DNA of 63,153 nt, counting the filler, from Hausera hauseri (taxonomy: Eukaryota), in the NCBI GenBank assembly GCA_046269625.1. It is 12 parts of 12 records of this genome, joined end to end, with 100 filler letters (N's around TTAATTAATTAA, not from the genome) between each part and the next. Parts side by side here need not be neighbours in the genome. Positions count along the whole stretch, not along the records: positions 8,249 to 14,603 come from JBJURY010108431.1; positions 14,704 to 19,195 come from JBJURY010555674.1; positions 19,296 to 23,606 come from JBJURY010642663.1; positions 23,707 to 27,693 come from JBJURY010838303.1; 8 more parts are not named here. One strand, 5' to 3'. The position numbers and the translations under genes were made by a program. Positions 12,401-26,587 of this stretch are shown piece after piece; position 1 is the stretch's first letter, and each line of letters opens with the position of its first letter. The notes under the pieces were generated by a model that was not told the origin of the DNA, searched no databases, and saw only the letters and a program-made list of their open reading frames with translations.

Positions 12401-13840
12401 TTTTTGGGCGTAATGGTAGCTTGCAGTGTAAAGACAGCAAAAATGCGTTACGGCTGTTTAATGAGGTGTTTGCGTTTTGACCAGAGATTGCTGTTACTTC
12501 TGGTGGCATTGTCAGTTTTTTGAAGGCGTTGCTGAGTTTGACTGCGCCGAAGAATTTTAAAATTTACAGCCTGATGATAAATGCAGACGGCGTCATTTGA
12601 TGTAAAATTTTGATTGTAGAATCTGTATCCTATGCAGCATTTATTGGCGCGTTGCTTAAATTTAGAGTGAAAAAAAAACAGATCAGGCTGTGCGCAGGAG
12701 AGTTGCCACACGAAGAACAATTCGATTTAGTTGGGAATTGTCTATTCCCAGAAAAAAGATCTACTCGGTAATGTAATGTGATTAAGTTTTCCTGTTATTG
12801 CTGTAATAGCTTGTCTTAAAGCTAGATTCTCCGCGTGTAATGACTGATTATCAATAATCGAAATTGCGTTTTGAGTGTATGTCGTTGGTGTTGTTATTGC
12901 TGCTGCAATGCTGGGCGAATTTTGAGTATGTAGTATATCGTAGCTTTTGTCAGTCAACTGGGCTAATTTTTCCAGTGAGGCGCTGTCCTCAACGATAGTA
13001 AGCAGGGCCCTGATCTCTTTCGGCAGGAATTGGAGAAAGTAGTGACGTATGAGATCAGCATTATGGTTTTGGGTCACACCCAGAGTACTAAGCTGTAAAA
13101 GGGATGTCCGAAGACATTCGGACGGTTTGATGTGACCTAATGCTTTTTCATTAAAGAGTTTTTGGATTATTGCATCGATAGATGGTTCGGTGAGCTTTAG
13201 AACTGCGGCGTGAAATGAGATATGTGGGTCCGCTTCAGCAAAGATTTCCATAAGATTTGATAAACGTGATTTTAGAAAAGAAGGAATGTAAAGAAGGAGG
13301 CTGTTGGCTTTTAAGAAAGAATCTGTCAGATTGTGAGCTTTTAACCAACGAGCATGGACGTCCAGCCAAGTCCGGGGAGAGTTTTGGCTGTCCAGAAAAA
13401 ATCGACACACTGGAACGTTGAGGAGTTGGAAGATGATTACCTAGATGACTAGGTATGAGTGACGTTTTTTTATGCTCCAAAGTATCGAGGTTAATATCAG
13501 AACCACGAAGAAGGCGAGGTTTAATTGATACGATTGGATGAACGGATCAGAGAAGCATGTGCAAGGGTGAATTATTTGAGTATTGGAGGAGAAGACCATT
13601 ATGATGAAGATAAAAGGTTTTAAAGACGAAATGGTGTCTGATAAAAGAATATAGCTGTTGCATTGTCGTATTTGTACATGTATGGTATGTGAATAGCATT
13701 TTATTAAGAAAGAAAAAGGAAATATAGGTCGGAAAGTGAATGCCATAGGCATGACGTGGTGCGCGAAGTACAGGCGTGCCCAGGCTCCAGGCGAAGTTGT
13801 GTTCGGGCCGTCTAACCGGAGAAATGGCGGCCAGAAACAA
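9460..13840 (-). mobile_element. Ty3/Gypsy family A element, near-complete gag-pol, degenerate
   Basis: Gag 12742-13410, CHCC remnants ~12550-12680, protease FLIDTGATVS (~12370), RT (IDLHKAYHQIPV, PFGLFEY), RNaseH (FFSRKF...YSTFDKELLAM), integrase (HSLHHPG, DIVGQLP, DQGPQFES). Confidence 0.95.
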
Positions 13841-13869
13841 TACCTAATGCCTCCCGTTCAGGAACGCAT

Positions 13870-14603
13870 TATTTGAGGAACAATATTGAATGCTTTGAAT
13901 GTTGTTCGTTGATTTTTTGTGTGAGTTACGTCGACGATGTTTTTTGCATTATTCCTTGTAGTTTGTTGCATTTCGTTTCGTGTTCGGAATTACACTTTGA
14001 GCAAAGTGTAATATTTCTGGGCCGCCTGAATGAGTTAAAACGTTATTCATCTTCCAATTCAATAAACAAAATCAAAGCTGTTAAAGCTTGAATTGAACTC
14101 TCTCGACTGTTCGTCATAATTGCACAAAGAGGCTGATCATCCAAATCTAAATGTATAGAAGAGTTTAGAAGAATACAGAGAAATATTATACTTGTGTGTA
14201 GTATACTTAGTGCTGCATTTGTAATATTTTTATCTAGATTTGTTCATTAATAAATGTTTTACGTGTCAATCTTGTTCACAAGCAATAAAACATGACGAAT
14301 AATATTTATTTACAAGTCTTTTTACAAAATCAGTGATTGTAGAAATAAATTTATTCTCTTTTGTCGCAGTCGAAGACAATTCCTGTAACAAATGCAGTAG
14401 ATAACGATATTCTTCCCGTTGTAAGGTGAGATTTTCCAATGCTTTTTCTGCTGGGATCAATTCAAATAGGATCCATAACGTATCATTTGTTAAAATTGAT
14501 TCTAAGTTTCGTAACGGGAAAAATTTCGGAAAACCACTTGCAATGTTGCGTTCACTTTCAGGTTTTATATAACAAACCGAACTGCTATCTGTTGTTATTT
14601 GGT
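13870..14603 (-). pseudogene. Unknown degenerate ORF upstream of gag, co-oriented
   Basis: ORF fragment 14266-14460 plus adjacent coding-like sequence. No recognisable domain. Confidence 0.25.
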
Positions 14604-14703
14604 NNNNNNNNNNNNNNNNNNNNNNNNNNNNNNNNNNNNNNNNNNNNTTAATTAATTAANNNNNNNNNNNNNNNNNNNNNNNNNNNNNNNNNNNNNNNNN
14701 NNN

Positions 14704-16747
14704 TCCCCCGATTTTAATACAAGCAACATCGTTTGCATCTATCACGCAAAATTTGGAACAAAAGCACAAAAATGCCTACCGGGCTGTATCTACAACACGC
14801 ACAATAAAATCAACAATACTAAACTCACACAAAATAGTAGGCCAAACTCACCAGCTTTAAAACACTGATTTCGCCGCTAGGAGACACGGCAAGTTCTAGC
14901 AAAGGCAACAACCTACAAAAAGATAGCCGACACATTTCTTGCTGTATTCACGTTGGAAGCAGCAGTCGTCACTCCAACAAAGCAAAACATTAATTTTCTC
15001 ATAGAAACCGGCGTAGCAATCTCTTTACTACCACCAACATAGCACATCCAAAACAATTTCACTTCAAAAAGCAACTGTTCACTGCGTTTGGTGAACCTTT
15101 ACAAACTTTTGGTGTTACTAAATTAACTTTTACACTTCCAAATTTCCCAAACATATACACTTGGACATTTACAGTAGCCAATATACGCACACCTATATTG
15201 GGTTCAAACTTTCTGTCCCACTAAAATTTACTTGTAGATTGCAAACGATGTTCCTTAAAGAGCGGAAATAACTTTAATTAAATTAGAAGCATTTTGGTGA
15301 CCACCCGGGCGATCGCTTACAGCAAGTCAATACTAAAGAAAACGACTTCCGACTTAAATTATTTTTATAATCATTCATTATATAGAAATTTTTATTACGG
15401 CAACAAGTACGATATTGCCAACTGCGTGGCACCTATTACTGATAGTACAGCTGCCAACACCATCTTCAACACGAAAATCCTGCACTTAATACCACCTTGT
15501 CACAACTCCTTGTCTACAACTCATACCTCAACTGCATCTAGTCACGATGCATCGACACCATCTGAAAACTTTTCATCGTTGCCCTCTGACTTACAGCAAT
15601 ATATTTTGTCTTCCTGAACGCGTCTGTTGCAAAAGGACAAATCATCCACATGACATCACATAGTAACAGTACATCAAAGACCAATACGTCAAGGGTCCTC
15701 CTGCTATCGCCTCACCTCAGACAGGCTGTGGAGACTCAGTTTCTCGAACAGGAAAAATCAGGAATAATCAGAAGATCCAAATCCCCGTAGTCTTCACCCC
15801 TACATGTGGTTTTAAAAAAGATGGTACCTTTCGCCCATGTGGTGATTACCGCCAACTCAACATCATAGCAACAATGGATGCCTACCCTCTACAATTAATC
15901 AACGATATTCTTCACAGGCTCCATATTTTTTTCCTGCATTGATTTGCACAAAGCATACCACCAAATTCCGGTGGCCCCAGCAGACATTCCGAAAGCGGCT
16001 GTCATTACACCTTTCGGACTTTTCGAATACTTTTCCATGCCTTTTGGACACCGCAGCGCTTCCCAGACATTCCAAAGGCATATTGACACAGTTCTCTCAG
16101 GTTTACACTTTGTTTATCCCTATACCGATGACATCCTAATTGCATCATCTTCCTCGAAACAACACTCCGAACACTTAGGTTTAATCGTCCAGCGCTTGCA
16201 CCAAAACAACTTGCAAATTAATTTCTCCAAATGCTCTTTTTTCAACATAATGTCAACTTCCTAGGACATATTATTAGCTCATCCGGACATTCACCTCAGC
16301 CAGAGCGCATCACACAGCTTAAAAACATATGGCTACCACGTACGTCAACAAAAATGCGTTCTTTCCTCGGAACCTTGCACTTTATTCATAAGTATATTCC
16401 ACACTGCTCCACTGTAACCGTTCCATTTGCATCACTAAACTCTGGCAAGAAAAACAGCCTATTCAATGAACTGCCAAGCTAGTCAACGCTTTTGATCATC
16501 TCAAAGATAATCTAAAAACTGTGGAAATCCTGACCTATTCCGACTCCCATGCAGAACTCTTTTTAACCACGGATGCATCCATAACAGCTGCAGGTGCTGA
16601 CCTCCTTCAAGTAAAAAGTGGATCCCATGAGCCATTAGAATTCTTCTCTCGAAAATTTACGGCACAAGAGCAAAGATATTCCACCTTTGACAGAGAGTTG
16701 CTTGCAATGATCCTTGCCGTAAAACACTTTAAGCATCTGCTAACCGT
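14704..16747 (+). mobile_element. Ty3/Gypsy family A: gag end, protease, RT, RNaseH (truncated)
   Basis: CIYHAKFGTKAQKCLPGC (CHCC), FLIETG, HKAYHQIPVAPADIPKAAVITPFGLFEY, YTDDILI, TDAS, YSTFDRELLAM. Confidence 0.95.
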
Positions 16748-17123
16748 ATTAAGTCAATAATAAATATCAAAAATGACAGAAATAATCGAAACGGCTGAAA
16801 CGACTAAATTCCGTAATTAATAGTTAATGAACCCAAATGGATTTCAAAAAGTTAAAAATAAATATCCACACAAATGAAAATGTATGACGATGAAATTCTA
16901 AAATAAAATCTGAAAATCGTACCACCAAAAATTGAGTTTGACAATGACACAGTAAAAATTCAAAATGTCCCAAGTAAAATCGCCATAATCAATTTATTTT
17001 TCAATTTTTCCAAAAAAGCACGTATATAACATTTAAACAACTTATTTTTTTTAAATCACAAAAAAAATATTTTCCGTTACATGAAATTCAAACACGAAAT
17101 CACAAATTGATTGTTTTTAAGAA

Positions 17124-17760
17124 ATCGGGTCACCACCTAAATTGATCTGTAATTGCTAAAATTTACAAATTGACATCGCCGAACAAAATTCTAGAAAATC
17201 ATGGCAGCTAATAATATATTGAAATATTGACGGTGTTCGGATTGACAAATTTCACAAATGAAATATTTACACTAAACCGTAAATTTAAAATGTACACAAG
17301 TGCAAAATCTAATAATAAAATTATAAGTTCAATGTACGCGACCAAATGTCAGTGAATTTCAAATGAAAACCGAGCAGTACAAAAGTAGAGTTAAGGAACG
17401 AATGATAAGAATGAAATTAAACTTGAATAAATACAGCTGGACAATGCAAAATTGCAAAACCAAACGACTCCAATAAAATGTCTGCTAAATTTCAGTGATT
17501 TCAAAAATGTCTGTGATAGAATCATCGGGGATATCCATTTCGTGGGTATTGATATCGGATCGAAAATCGGAGAAACTTGCAGTAAAGGTCTCAAATTCGT
17601 TCATTCAACAATGTCACTAGTCCTTTCGAAAAGTATTTAAAATTGACATTTTCAAGGTGGAAAATCTGGATCCGCCTATGCTCCCGACACGCCGGCGGTG
17701 GAAGCCCGGCCGCGCCCAACCGTATGGGCCAGAGGGCAAACGGTCGACGCCGGCACCACA
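17124..17760 (-). repeat. Probable family A 5' LTR with tRNA-Trp-like primer binding site
   Basis: Starts TGTGGTGCCGGCGTCGACCG at 17760 (homologous to 6187). TGGTGACCCGAT at 17135-17124 resembles the tRNA-Trp PBS used by CsRn1-clade elements. A terminal CA is not cleanly adjacent to the PBS. Confidence 0.6.
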
Positions 17761-18420
17761 ACTGGTGTAGTTAAAATCCTTAACAAAATTGTTAATCTTA
17801 TACCAAATATAAGGAATCCCATCTCGATAATTTCTTTGAGAAATTCTGTTGGCCTCATACTTGATTTAAAATTGGACTTATAAATTCGTTTTAAAAGTAC
17901 AAAATTATATTTATTTTATAATGGAGACAATGACAAATAAATGCGTTTGCGCTAAAATGTTAACTATTTGTTTCAGGGAAGTTTTACGTGGTATTTTTGT
18001 TTAAAAGCATCTAAATAGTGTAAATAAAGTCCCAGAAGCCTGACATGTACTCAATGACAGGTGAATAAATGTTTCTCAATCACTCACCTGCTGTAACTCA
18101 AATGACAAACACACACAAACAAGCCGTTAGTTTACTGTCGATAATTTACACAAACATATGACATTTATAATTTTCATAAGAATTTTCCCTGATATCGCAG
18201 TTACTACAGTCTCCACATTTCGACCAGAGTCGATCCTCTGATAATCTTTGACCCCTAAACTGTTTTATCAAACCCCAACTACTAGTTACTGAGTGATGTA
18301 ATAAATCGTTCCAAAAGTAAATGTATTTACAGATAAAACAATAATCTGATAAATCGATGTCTGTCTAAGAGAGTTTTCTTCACGCTAACGGTTTTGTAAA
18401 AAATCGTACATCTGGCCCAC

Positions 18421-18613
18421 CTTATAAACGTCGTAATTTTCAAGGATCCCATCAAAGCATGAGTAGAGATCGTTGAGAAGATTGATAATCTGAACAGGTT
18501 TCAGTTGTGAGCACATTTCGGTGAATCCAACTATGTCACTGAAGTAAATGGTCACACAGTCATACTGTTCGGGTTCCACAGTCAGTCCGGCCTTTAGTCG
18601 ATCAGCCACAGAT
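18421..18613 (-). CDS. Internal exon of a receptor-type guanylyl cyclase (class III cyclase catalytic domain)
   Basis: [64 protein letters not shown], bounded by an AG acceptor (18615-18614) and a GT donor (18420). Confidence 0.92.
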
Positions 18614-20065
18614 CTTCATACATCAGTCAGGAAAAAGATTTATCAATAATACATTTTAAACATCATCAGTATACAAACACATTTTTTGTCATTCACAGAC
18701 AGACACAATTATAAATAAACCAGGACAAGAGCGACCAGCGCAAGACAAAGTCTTGACACGAACTAAGTGAAGTCCTATGTTTCTCAGACATTTGAAGGAT
18801 ACATTAAAAGAAGTAGCAACAGAGCTGTGCTTTATTGAGCTGTTCTCGCTATATATGATAAATACATTAGCGGATTGTGGAGTCAGGAACAGTAAGAGGA
18901 TAAACACTAATATATAGCAACGCCACGGCAGTTGGTACCCCAGAAACAGTCAAGGTATATTACGTTACCAAAAGTGAAATATAACCCCCGTATTTAAGAT
19001 ATGCATTTTTAGACAATGATAACCTCTGTGGCAATGTATTACCAAAGATGTTCTCTTATTTAAATACAACAAGGAAAGCGTTTATGAAAATTACTATTGG
19101 AGGATACATCTTTCATTTGGGAATGGTTTGGTCGACAGGCTTCGTGTTCGTCTTTCAAACGTGACAAGAATAACGACATTTCGAAACCGGCTGTGNNNNN
19201 NNNNNNNNNNNNNNNNNNNNNNNNNNNNNNNNNNNNNNNTTAATTAATTAANNNNNNNNNNNNNNNNNNNNNNNNNNNNNNNNNNNNNNNNNNNNGAATA
19301 ACACGGTGACATCACCTTCTCTATGAACATGTTAATGGAGCTTGGCGTGAGGTGAGGAGAGTATCTAAACTTTTGTATTTCCAGTAACATAACTTGTATT
19401 CTTTCGATTATTTTTTAATTTGTATTTGTGCTTGTACATTTATTAACGATTTTTAGTTTGTTTCATCAGGAGGCATATCACTGACCTATATTTTATATAA
19501 TGTGCGAATTAGTTGATGAGGGTAGAGGAAGGTAGAGGAAGTGGTCGTATACTGCACATAGTTGCGATGCAGCCTAGATAACTAAAATACCTACCGCACG
19601 CTGCTGAGTCCTCCTATAATGACAAAGAGGAGGGCGCGACAGGCCGCTTCTGACGGAGGCACCAGCTATTTATCTGCACTGGTAAGCTACCGTCCGTCTC
19701 ATGGCAGGCAGCCTGCAATCAGTAAGGTTCTGACTCACCATTAGCCATAAAAGAAGCTGTTCGGTCTGAAGGCAGCTATATATTCTGCTTTTAAAACCGT
19801 TTGACAAGACGAAAAGGTCAATCAAATTTGCACAGCTGAAGCTGTAGATGGGTGGAGCTGAAGGAGCCTTCCAAGAAAAGCAGATTACATAAAACAATTT
19901 ACATAAGCACAGGACAAACAAAAAATGAAGACGTATAAAAGGAATGACTCTTTATGACTTTATTGCTAAGAGTCTATCGCTATAATTTTATTTCAGAGAG
20001 TTTATTACTACTTCTACCCTATATCTAAGAGTTTAATACTATTCTCTATTTCTAAGAGTTTATCT

Positions 20066-20170
20066 CCAAGGCTACTGAGTTGGAGTCGCTGAGCCGGAGT
20101 TAGTGTATGACGTAAGAGAAGAAAGTTTTGTCCGACTCCACAGCTTTACGAAATCAAAGAGTCGGAGTTT
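20066..20170. repeat. Degenerate MITE-like element with GGAGTCG motifs
   Basis: GAGTTGGAGTCG, GAGCCGGAGT and GAGTCGGAGT on +, with the inverted CCGACTCC. Confidence 0.4.
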
Positions 20171-20299
20171 AATTGGTTAATTGAGCCAACAGTTACTTCT
20201 GGATATTTCTAGCTGCTGACTATTTTGACGACCGTGATGATATGAAAAAAAAAATAAGAGTCCCTTTTTCACCCAGTGTTTAGACTTGACCGGGTCTAG

Positions 20300-23200
20300 A
20301 CCAGTGCCGGCTTACCTTGATTTATAATTCCATCTGAACGTTCTCTATTATTTCTCGTTCATTACCTGATGTTTGATATCGAGCCCCTTTAAGGTTTTTT
20401 GCATTGCTTTATTGACAAATTCTTTCCCGTTGTCGGTAATTATTACTTATGGGCTTCCATACCTACGGATGCATTTTCCCAATAGGATGTCTATTATATT
20501 GTCTGTAGCTTTGTTGGGTACGCATATTATCTCTAGCCAACAACTGTAAATATCAACAATATTTAATATGTACTCGTTCCCTGATGCGGTCAGCGGGTGA
20601 GGTCCTGATAGATCTAGACTGATTTTCTCAAACAGAATCGGATGTTTCAACATTTCCATGTTCCTGAGTTTCATATATGACAGTTCCCCATATACTGTGC
20701 TATGTCTTTCGCCATGTTGTCCTAGTAGTATTTTCTGGATATCATCGAATATGTTCTGTCTCATCCTAAATCATGATACTGGGTTAGCACTGTACTTCAA
20801 GTGAGTTGGTATGCATTATTGAAATTCGCCTTGTGCACCAATTCGGTATAATTCCTCATCTTCTAGAATGTATTTCTTCCACTTCTGTCGTTTTTCTTCA
20901 CTGTTAGACTTTAAATCAGATATGATTTGCTTGAGCTCTGCATCTTTTTGTTGTTCAACTTTCATATTTAACCTATCTACTTCACTTTTCTTTGTCTCTG
21001 AAGTGTATTCTATTTCGTTTGACTTCCTATCTGTAGAAGTGATGAGAGATATTTGTAAGGTATGATCGTCTGTTTCTGGAGTTCCTTCTTTTTCTTCTGG
21101 ATTTGTTGTTTCTTGATATTTCTTCAGCATTCTTGAAAGTAAGTCTGCTACCGTGTTCTCTTTTCCTGGAATATATTGTATGTTGATATTGTAGCCTTGT
21201 AGATTGAGGATCCGTGGTTGAATTCTTCGATTCTGGGCATCTGCTTTCATGAGTGCTTTGAGTGGCATGTGGTCCGTCTTTATCATAAATTTGCTACTGA
21301 GTAGGTAGAAGTGTAGTTTTTGTAGTGCGTAGTGAATAGCGTATGCTTTTCTTTCAACTACTGCCATTTCTTCCGAGACTTGGTAAGGTGGTGTGATAGA
21401 AGTATATAGGTTTTTCTTTCACCACTGTCTTCCCTTTTACTACTTCTCTATCTTCTTGAGTCAGGACTGCACCGATTGCATAGTGTGAGGTGTCCGTATA
21501 CAAAGTGTACTCTTTGTTGGTAGTAGGGTATGCTAACAACAGAACAACTGTTACGTTCTCTTTCAGATACCCGAAAACTGTCTGGCACATTTCGTCCCAT
21601 TTAAATCTAGCAAACTTCCGTGTTAAGGCCACTAGGGGTTCGGCTATGGTTGAAACATTCGATATGAATCTTCTATAATAGCCACAGGTGCCTAAAAGTC
21701 CTCTTACTTCTCTGGTGTTCTTCGGGCTTGCCATTGACGTAATAGCAGGTACTTTTTCGTTATCTGGTCGTATGCCATTGCGAGTGAGGATAAATCCAAA
21801 TAATTCATTTCGGTGTTTAGAAATTCACATTTGCTCAATTTGAGTTTTACTTCATGTTTTCTCATCTCTGGAAAACTTCTTCGACTTTCTCTAGATGATC
21901 TTCAATATTTTGGTGAAAATCAGGATGTCGTCAATATACGCTAGTGTGAAGCTTTGCATTCCTTCCAGTACTCTGTTCATTAGTGCCATATACATTGCTA
22001 GGGATCCTTTCAAACCGAATGTCATAACGTTCCATGAATATAGCCCATTATGTGTGCAAAAAGCAGTTTTTTTCTTTGGTCTCTGGTGACATGCGTATGC
22101 ACCAAAATCCGGATCTAGCATCCAATGATGTAAAATATGTAGCACCGTCGAGTGTACCCAATATATCATCAATGAGCGTCATGGGGTAACTGATATTCGA
22201 TGTTTTTTCGTTGAGAGCCCTATAGTCTACACAAAATCTGTGGCTTCCATCTTTCTTTGATACAAATACTACGGGAAATGATCATTCCGATCTTTTCTTT
22301 CTATGATACCCGCTTGTAACATTTCTCCTACCGCTTTTTCAATTATTTCACGATTTCCTAACAATTTCGATGCTCTGTCTTCAGCTATAACTACTTCTGC
22401 TACTGTCTTTTCTTCTTCCATGTGCCTTCTCTTATCTCTTGCAAGACCTTAATTCTATGTGTCTGTCGTTGCTTTATGTCGTTTTCATGTTCTGTTAAAC
22501 CTTGTCTTTTGTTTGTGTTTTTTCTTTCTTCTTTTTTCATTTTTTTTTTGTGTGGTTACTCCGTCTGTTCATTCGTTGTTTCTTTCTGTTTTAGCAATGA
22601 TACATCCTTTCTGTAGTGTTATCGTTTTTCCCGTATGGTTGACAATCATTATTGGCATCTCTTTCTTTCTGTTCAACTCCACTATACCGTTGATTGTTTG
22701 TAGTCCTGGTTTTTTTTTAACAATGTATGTATCTTCTAACGGTTCTAACGTAATGTTATCTCCTTCTTTTCAGTATTAATTTCTCTTCATTGTCCATATC
22801 ACTAAGTAGATTAAATTTGAATTCATTGTTGCTGTATGTTTTATCCTCACTATTGATGCAATATGGATGTCATCTTCTAAATCTATGTATTCGTTGTCTA
22901 TTCTGATTTTCTTGTGGTCGAAATATATACGTACATTATTTGTTTTCAGAAAGTCTCTGCCAATACAGCTTTAATAAAGCACTTTCTGAAATACCTAATC
23001 AACACGGACTGTCTACCACCGTAACCTCAATCTGTTTCTCCTTATTTGCTGATTGATTATTCCAACCACGTGGTTATCTTAAGTATTTTTTGTACTATTA
23101 GTGTGTTATAGTTGCCAATTCTGATTTTTTGAATGAAACATTTTATCCACATGAACAGCCGTATTATTTACAAGTAATGTTCTTCTTCTTCTTGTTTCGT

Positions 23201-23606
23201 TCATCTTGATCTATATCTGCAGATGTGTCTCCCTGATGAACTGCACAGTGTTCTGGAGTTCTATGATGGAGCCATATAGCTTTGTGTCTAGTGAAGTTCC
23301 TCTTGGCCAGTAAGTGTGCCTCAGTGCAGTTTTGAAGGATATGTTCCACAGTACACAAGGCAGATTTACCTATTTTTGACTTTGTGTACATGTGGTTGTA
23401 GAATATCTTGTGTCATGTTCTGGGGCGAAATATCGGGACTTGTTCATTTCTATCCAACAAATGATAGGCATCTGGTAATACTAAAAGTGATTTCTTGTGG
23501 ATCTTTATCATACCCTTCATGTTGTCATACGTTAATGGGATAATTTGTTGCTCTATTAGTGTACCGCCTTTGGCCTGATTATCAGCTTTCTCATTTTCTG
23601 AAATTC
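20300..23606 (-). mobile_element. Ty3/Gypsy pol (third family), degenerate
   Basis: FCVDYRALN, AYIDDILIF, LLGTCGYYRRFI, YTDTS, TDHMPL, integrase LDLSGPHP...YILNIVD...RYGSP. Confidence 0.93.
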
Positions 23607-23706
23607 NNNNNNNNNNNNNNNNNNNNNNNNNNNNNNNNNNNNNNNNNNNNTTAATTAATTAANNNNNNNNNNNNNNNNNNNNNNNNNNNNNNNNNNNNNN
23701 NNNNNN

Positions 23707-25138
23707 TTCCTTCTGACATTATTAAGGGAAAAGGTATTTTTCCATATACTGCATCCAAATCGTTCAGTGACTTGCAGTCTATTAATGAGTTGCCATCGAA
23801 ATTGGATGGTGTTAGTGTTATTGATTATCAGGAAGCACAAACGGCTAGGTTGAAATACAGTTATAATTGTCTTTTAGATTATATGTTGGTGTACATGAGG
23901 CTCGACGTATACTTGTTAGGGGATATCTTTGAGTGGTTTAGAAAGGAGGTTAAGTTGCAGGATGGTTTAGAGGCGGTTAATTTCCTTTAAATTCACGGTT
24001 TATCTTGAGCAACTGCACTAAAATCCAGTCACGCTAAGGTTGAGCTCATTCAGGATTCTGAGATGTACAATTTCTTTCAATCAGGTATTCGCGGCGGTAT
24101 GACTTTTGTAAATAAACATAGGGTTACCGCTGATGAGAAAACCAGTCTCTTGTACATAGATGTAAATAATTTGTACGGTTGGGCTTTATCACAACCTCTG
24201 CCATTTGCGAATCTGAGTTGGATTTACGATGAGGATGTCTTGACTAGTCTGATACAACAATTACTTTTTATTGACTGTGTGAAGGGAAAACGAGGCTTAG
24301 TCTTTGAAATTGACTTAAACTGCAGCAAACAATCCTTTTGAAAAAGACTTTTTTAAGCTTAAGAACAACTGCTTATATGGCAAAACAATAGAGAATTTGC
24401 TGAATAGGTCAAATTTGAGATTGTGCAATAATGTTAAAAAGCTAATCGCATATGCTAATAAGGCCCAGTTTAAAGAGAGCATAATAATAGCCGATGATCT
24501 GGTTGCCGCTCTCCTCGATAAAGACAGTCACCTTACATAGACCCTCATACATTGGTCAGGCCGTACTTGATCTTTCCCAGTTACCGATTTATGAGCTGAA
24601 TTATATCGACTAGGAGACATATAGGCACCAGTTTCAGTGTGAACGTAATATTGTTTCCGGTGACACAGAGAGATTTTTCATCGAATGCCATGGAGTGGAC
24701 TTAAAATCGCAACTGCTACCGGTAATGATAGCAAATGAGCAGTTAGATACATGGAACTATGACAAGAGTGATCCACTGTACTCGACTCGTTTTGCAGCTG
24801 TAATAGGCAAATTTAAAGATGAAAGTAAGGGCTGCGTTCAGCATCAAGAAGCGATTTTCCTACGTCCGAAATCCTATGCCCTCAAAACCAAAACCAAACC
24901 AATCCTCAAATGCAAAGGTATCAATCTGAATCAAACAGACTTGCAGTTCAGTAACTACCTACATGCTTATGAAACGGGTTACAGCACCATGGTGGACCAG
25001 GAGCGAATTGGCAGTAAAAACCACCAACTTATGACAATGAGCTCAAAAAAGAAAGCACTGGACCCGTTCGATGACAAACGCCACTGGATTGAGAAAAACC
25101 GGAGTGTTGCATATGGACATTACTGTATAAATATGTGA
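23707..25138 (+). mobile_element. Polinton/Maverick (adintovirus-like) protein-primed DNA polymerase B, C-terminal half, pseudogenised
   Basis: KGIFPY, DVYLLGDIFEWFR, GIRGG, YIDVNNLYGWALSQPLP, FFKLKNNCLYGKTIEN, FKDE, LRPKSY, KCKGI, DDKR. Frameshifts and an apparent internal deletion after FEIDL. Confidence 0.93.
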
Positions 25139-25219
25139 ACATTTTCTTCGTACATATATTTATATATGTTATACCAATAGTTTTAAATCTCTTATATTTT
25201 ATTGCTTTGGCTCTGTTCT

Positions 25220-25466
25220 AGGGGTGGGAATAGTGAAACAACGATCAGGCCAGAAATCCCTTTGTTCACAACCAAAATTTGAACAAAAAAAATTTTACGC
25301 GCCAAATTCAAATTTTTTAAACCACTCTCACGACCGTGTGCCGCCCATCTCCACCCTTTTTACCGTGCGTGCGTGTATCATTTTTTTCTACCCCATAACT
25401 CATCACGAAATACTTCTTTTCTCCTTCCCTGGGGGGTGTGGCTTGGTGTGCTCCCTTCTAACTACT
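25220..25466 (+). repeat. Probable Polinton terminal inverted repeat (right end)
   Basis: Non-coding GC-richer block after the polB stop, ending in ACTACT (25461-25466), the complement of the typical AGTAGT Polinton terminus. The partner TIR is not in this contig. Confidence 0.55.
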
Positions 25467-26587
25467 TATGGTAAATCTACAATCTCTCATCCTTTGCGTA
25501 AGACATAAGATTCTGAATAAGAACTCATCTGAATCGGTTTGCTACGTGGGAAAATTTCAACGTTACCGTGTTAAACTTGATGCCCACTGTTTTCTGCAGT
25601 TCAACTCTAGACTTATGTTCAATAAGTCTATTTTTCCAGGGCGACAAAACGAACTACGAGCCATAGAAAGAACGAGTATTAAGGACATCGATAACGACAG
25701 AGAATCAGAATGCAATGAATTTCTGAATTTTACTTGAAGATGAACATCATGCGACCCTCGATCTTGGTGTACTGTGGAAGAACGTGTTTATGATTGGAAT
25801 TTGAAGTTAAACTGTTCGATATTTTATTAAGTACGGATACCTGAAATCTCTTTATGAAAATACCCAATAATAAGCTCTTCGCAGTTAACAATTTGGACCT
25901 TCATTCCCGTCATTTTAACTTTGCCGTATATTGGGAATTGTGGAAGGTGCTTGACAGCATCACTGGCAACCTTGTCCTTATAGGAGAAAATGAAGAAGGT
26001 GCGCAGTCTTTGTCAACAAAATGATATTCTATGGAGCAACGGCTGGTCTCAGAGGTAATTCTCATAACGTAAAACTTATATCCATCTGAACAGAATCTGA
26101 ACAGCCTTGTCCCATATCGACAGTCTCATTTTCAAACAGTTCAAATGATTATGGAATATTGTCCACAATTCACCATCTTTCCCGGCGTGCTCGGCCTTCT
26201 GAATGGGGATGTGATGCTTAAGACATCAATTTGACTCTCTTTCTCTTTCGGTAAAATTATCTGTGACATTCAATAATCTCTGAGTCAAATAGAACAAGAG
26301 AAAATGCCCAGAGTGACTCCTGGATTCTTCTTTTACCAAACGACTTTCACACGAAATTCGGCGTCGAGGAAGACCACGCCAAACGTAAGACAGAATATTC
26401 ATTGTCATTATCAGGGTTCAGTTGTGGACGGGTTTGCACCGGGTGGCACTGGCTATCAGGCCTGAGGATTATTGTGGATTATTATTATCATAATGGCCAG
26501 TAGCCATGGGATTTCATGTGCACGAAATGTCGTTATCCTTTGATTGAAATCGAGTACAATAGAATAGAAAATTGAAATTTTTTAAAT

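Noticed and set aside
19516-19950. Purine tract followed by TG, a possible PPT/LTR start
   Set aside because: No paired copy or adjacent co-oriented pol to confirm it.
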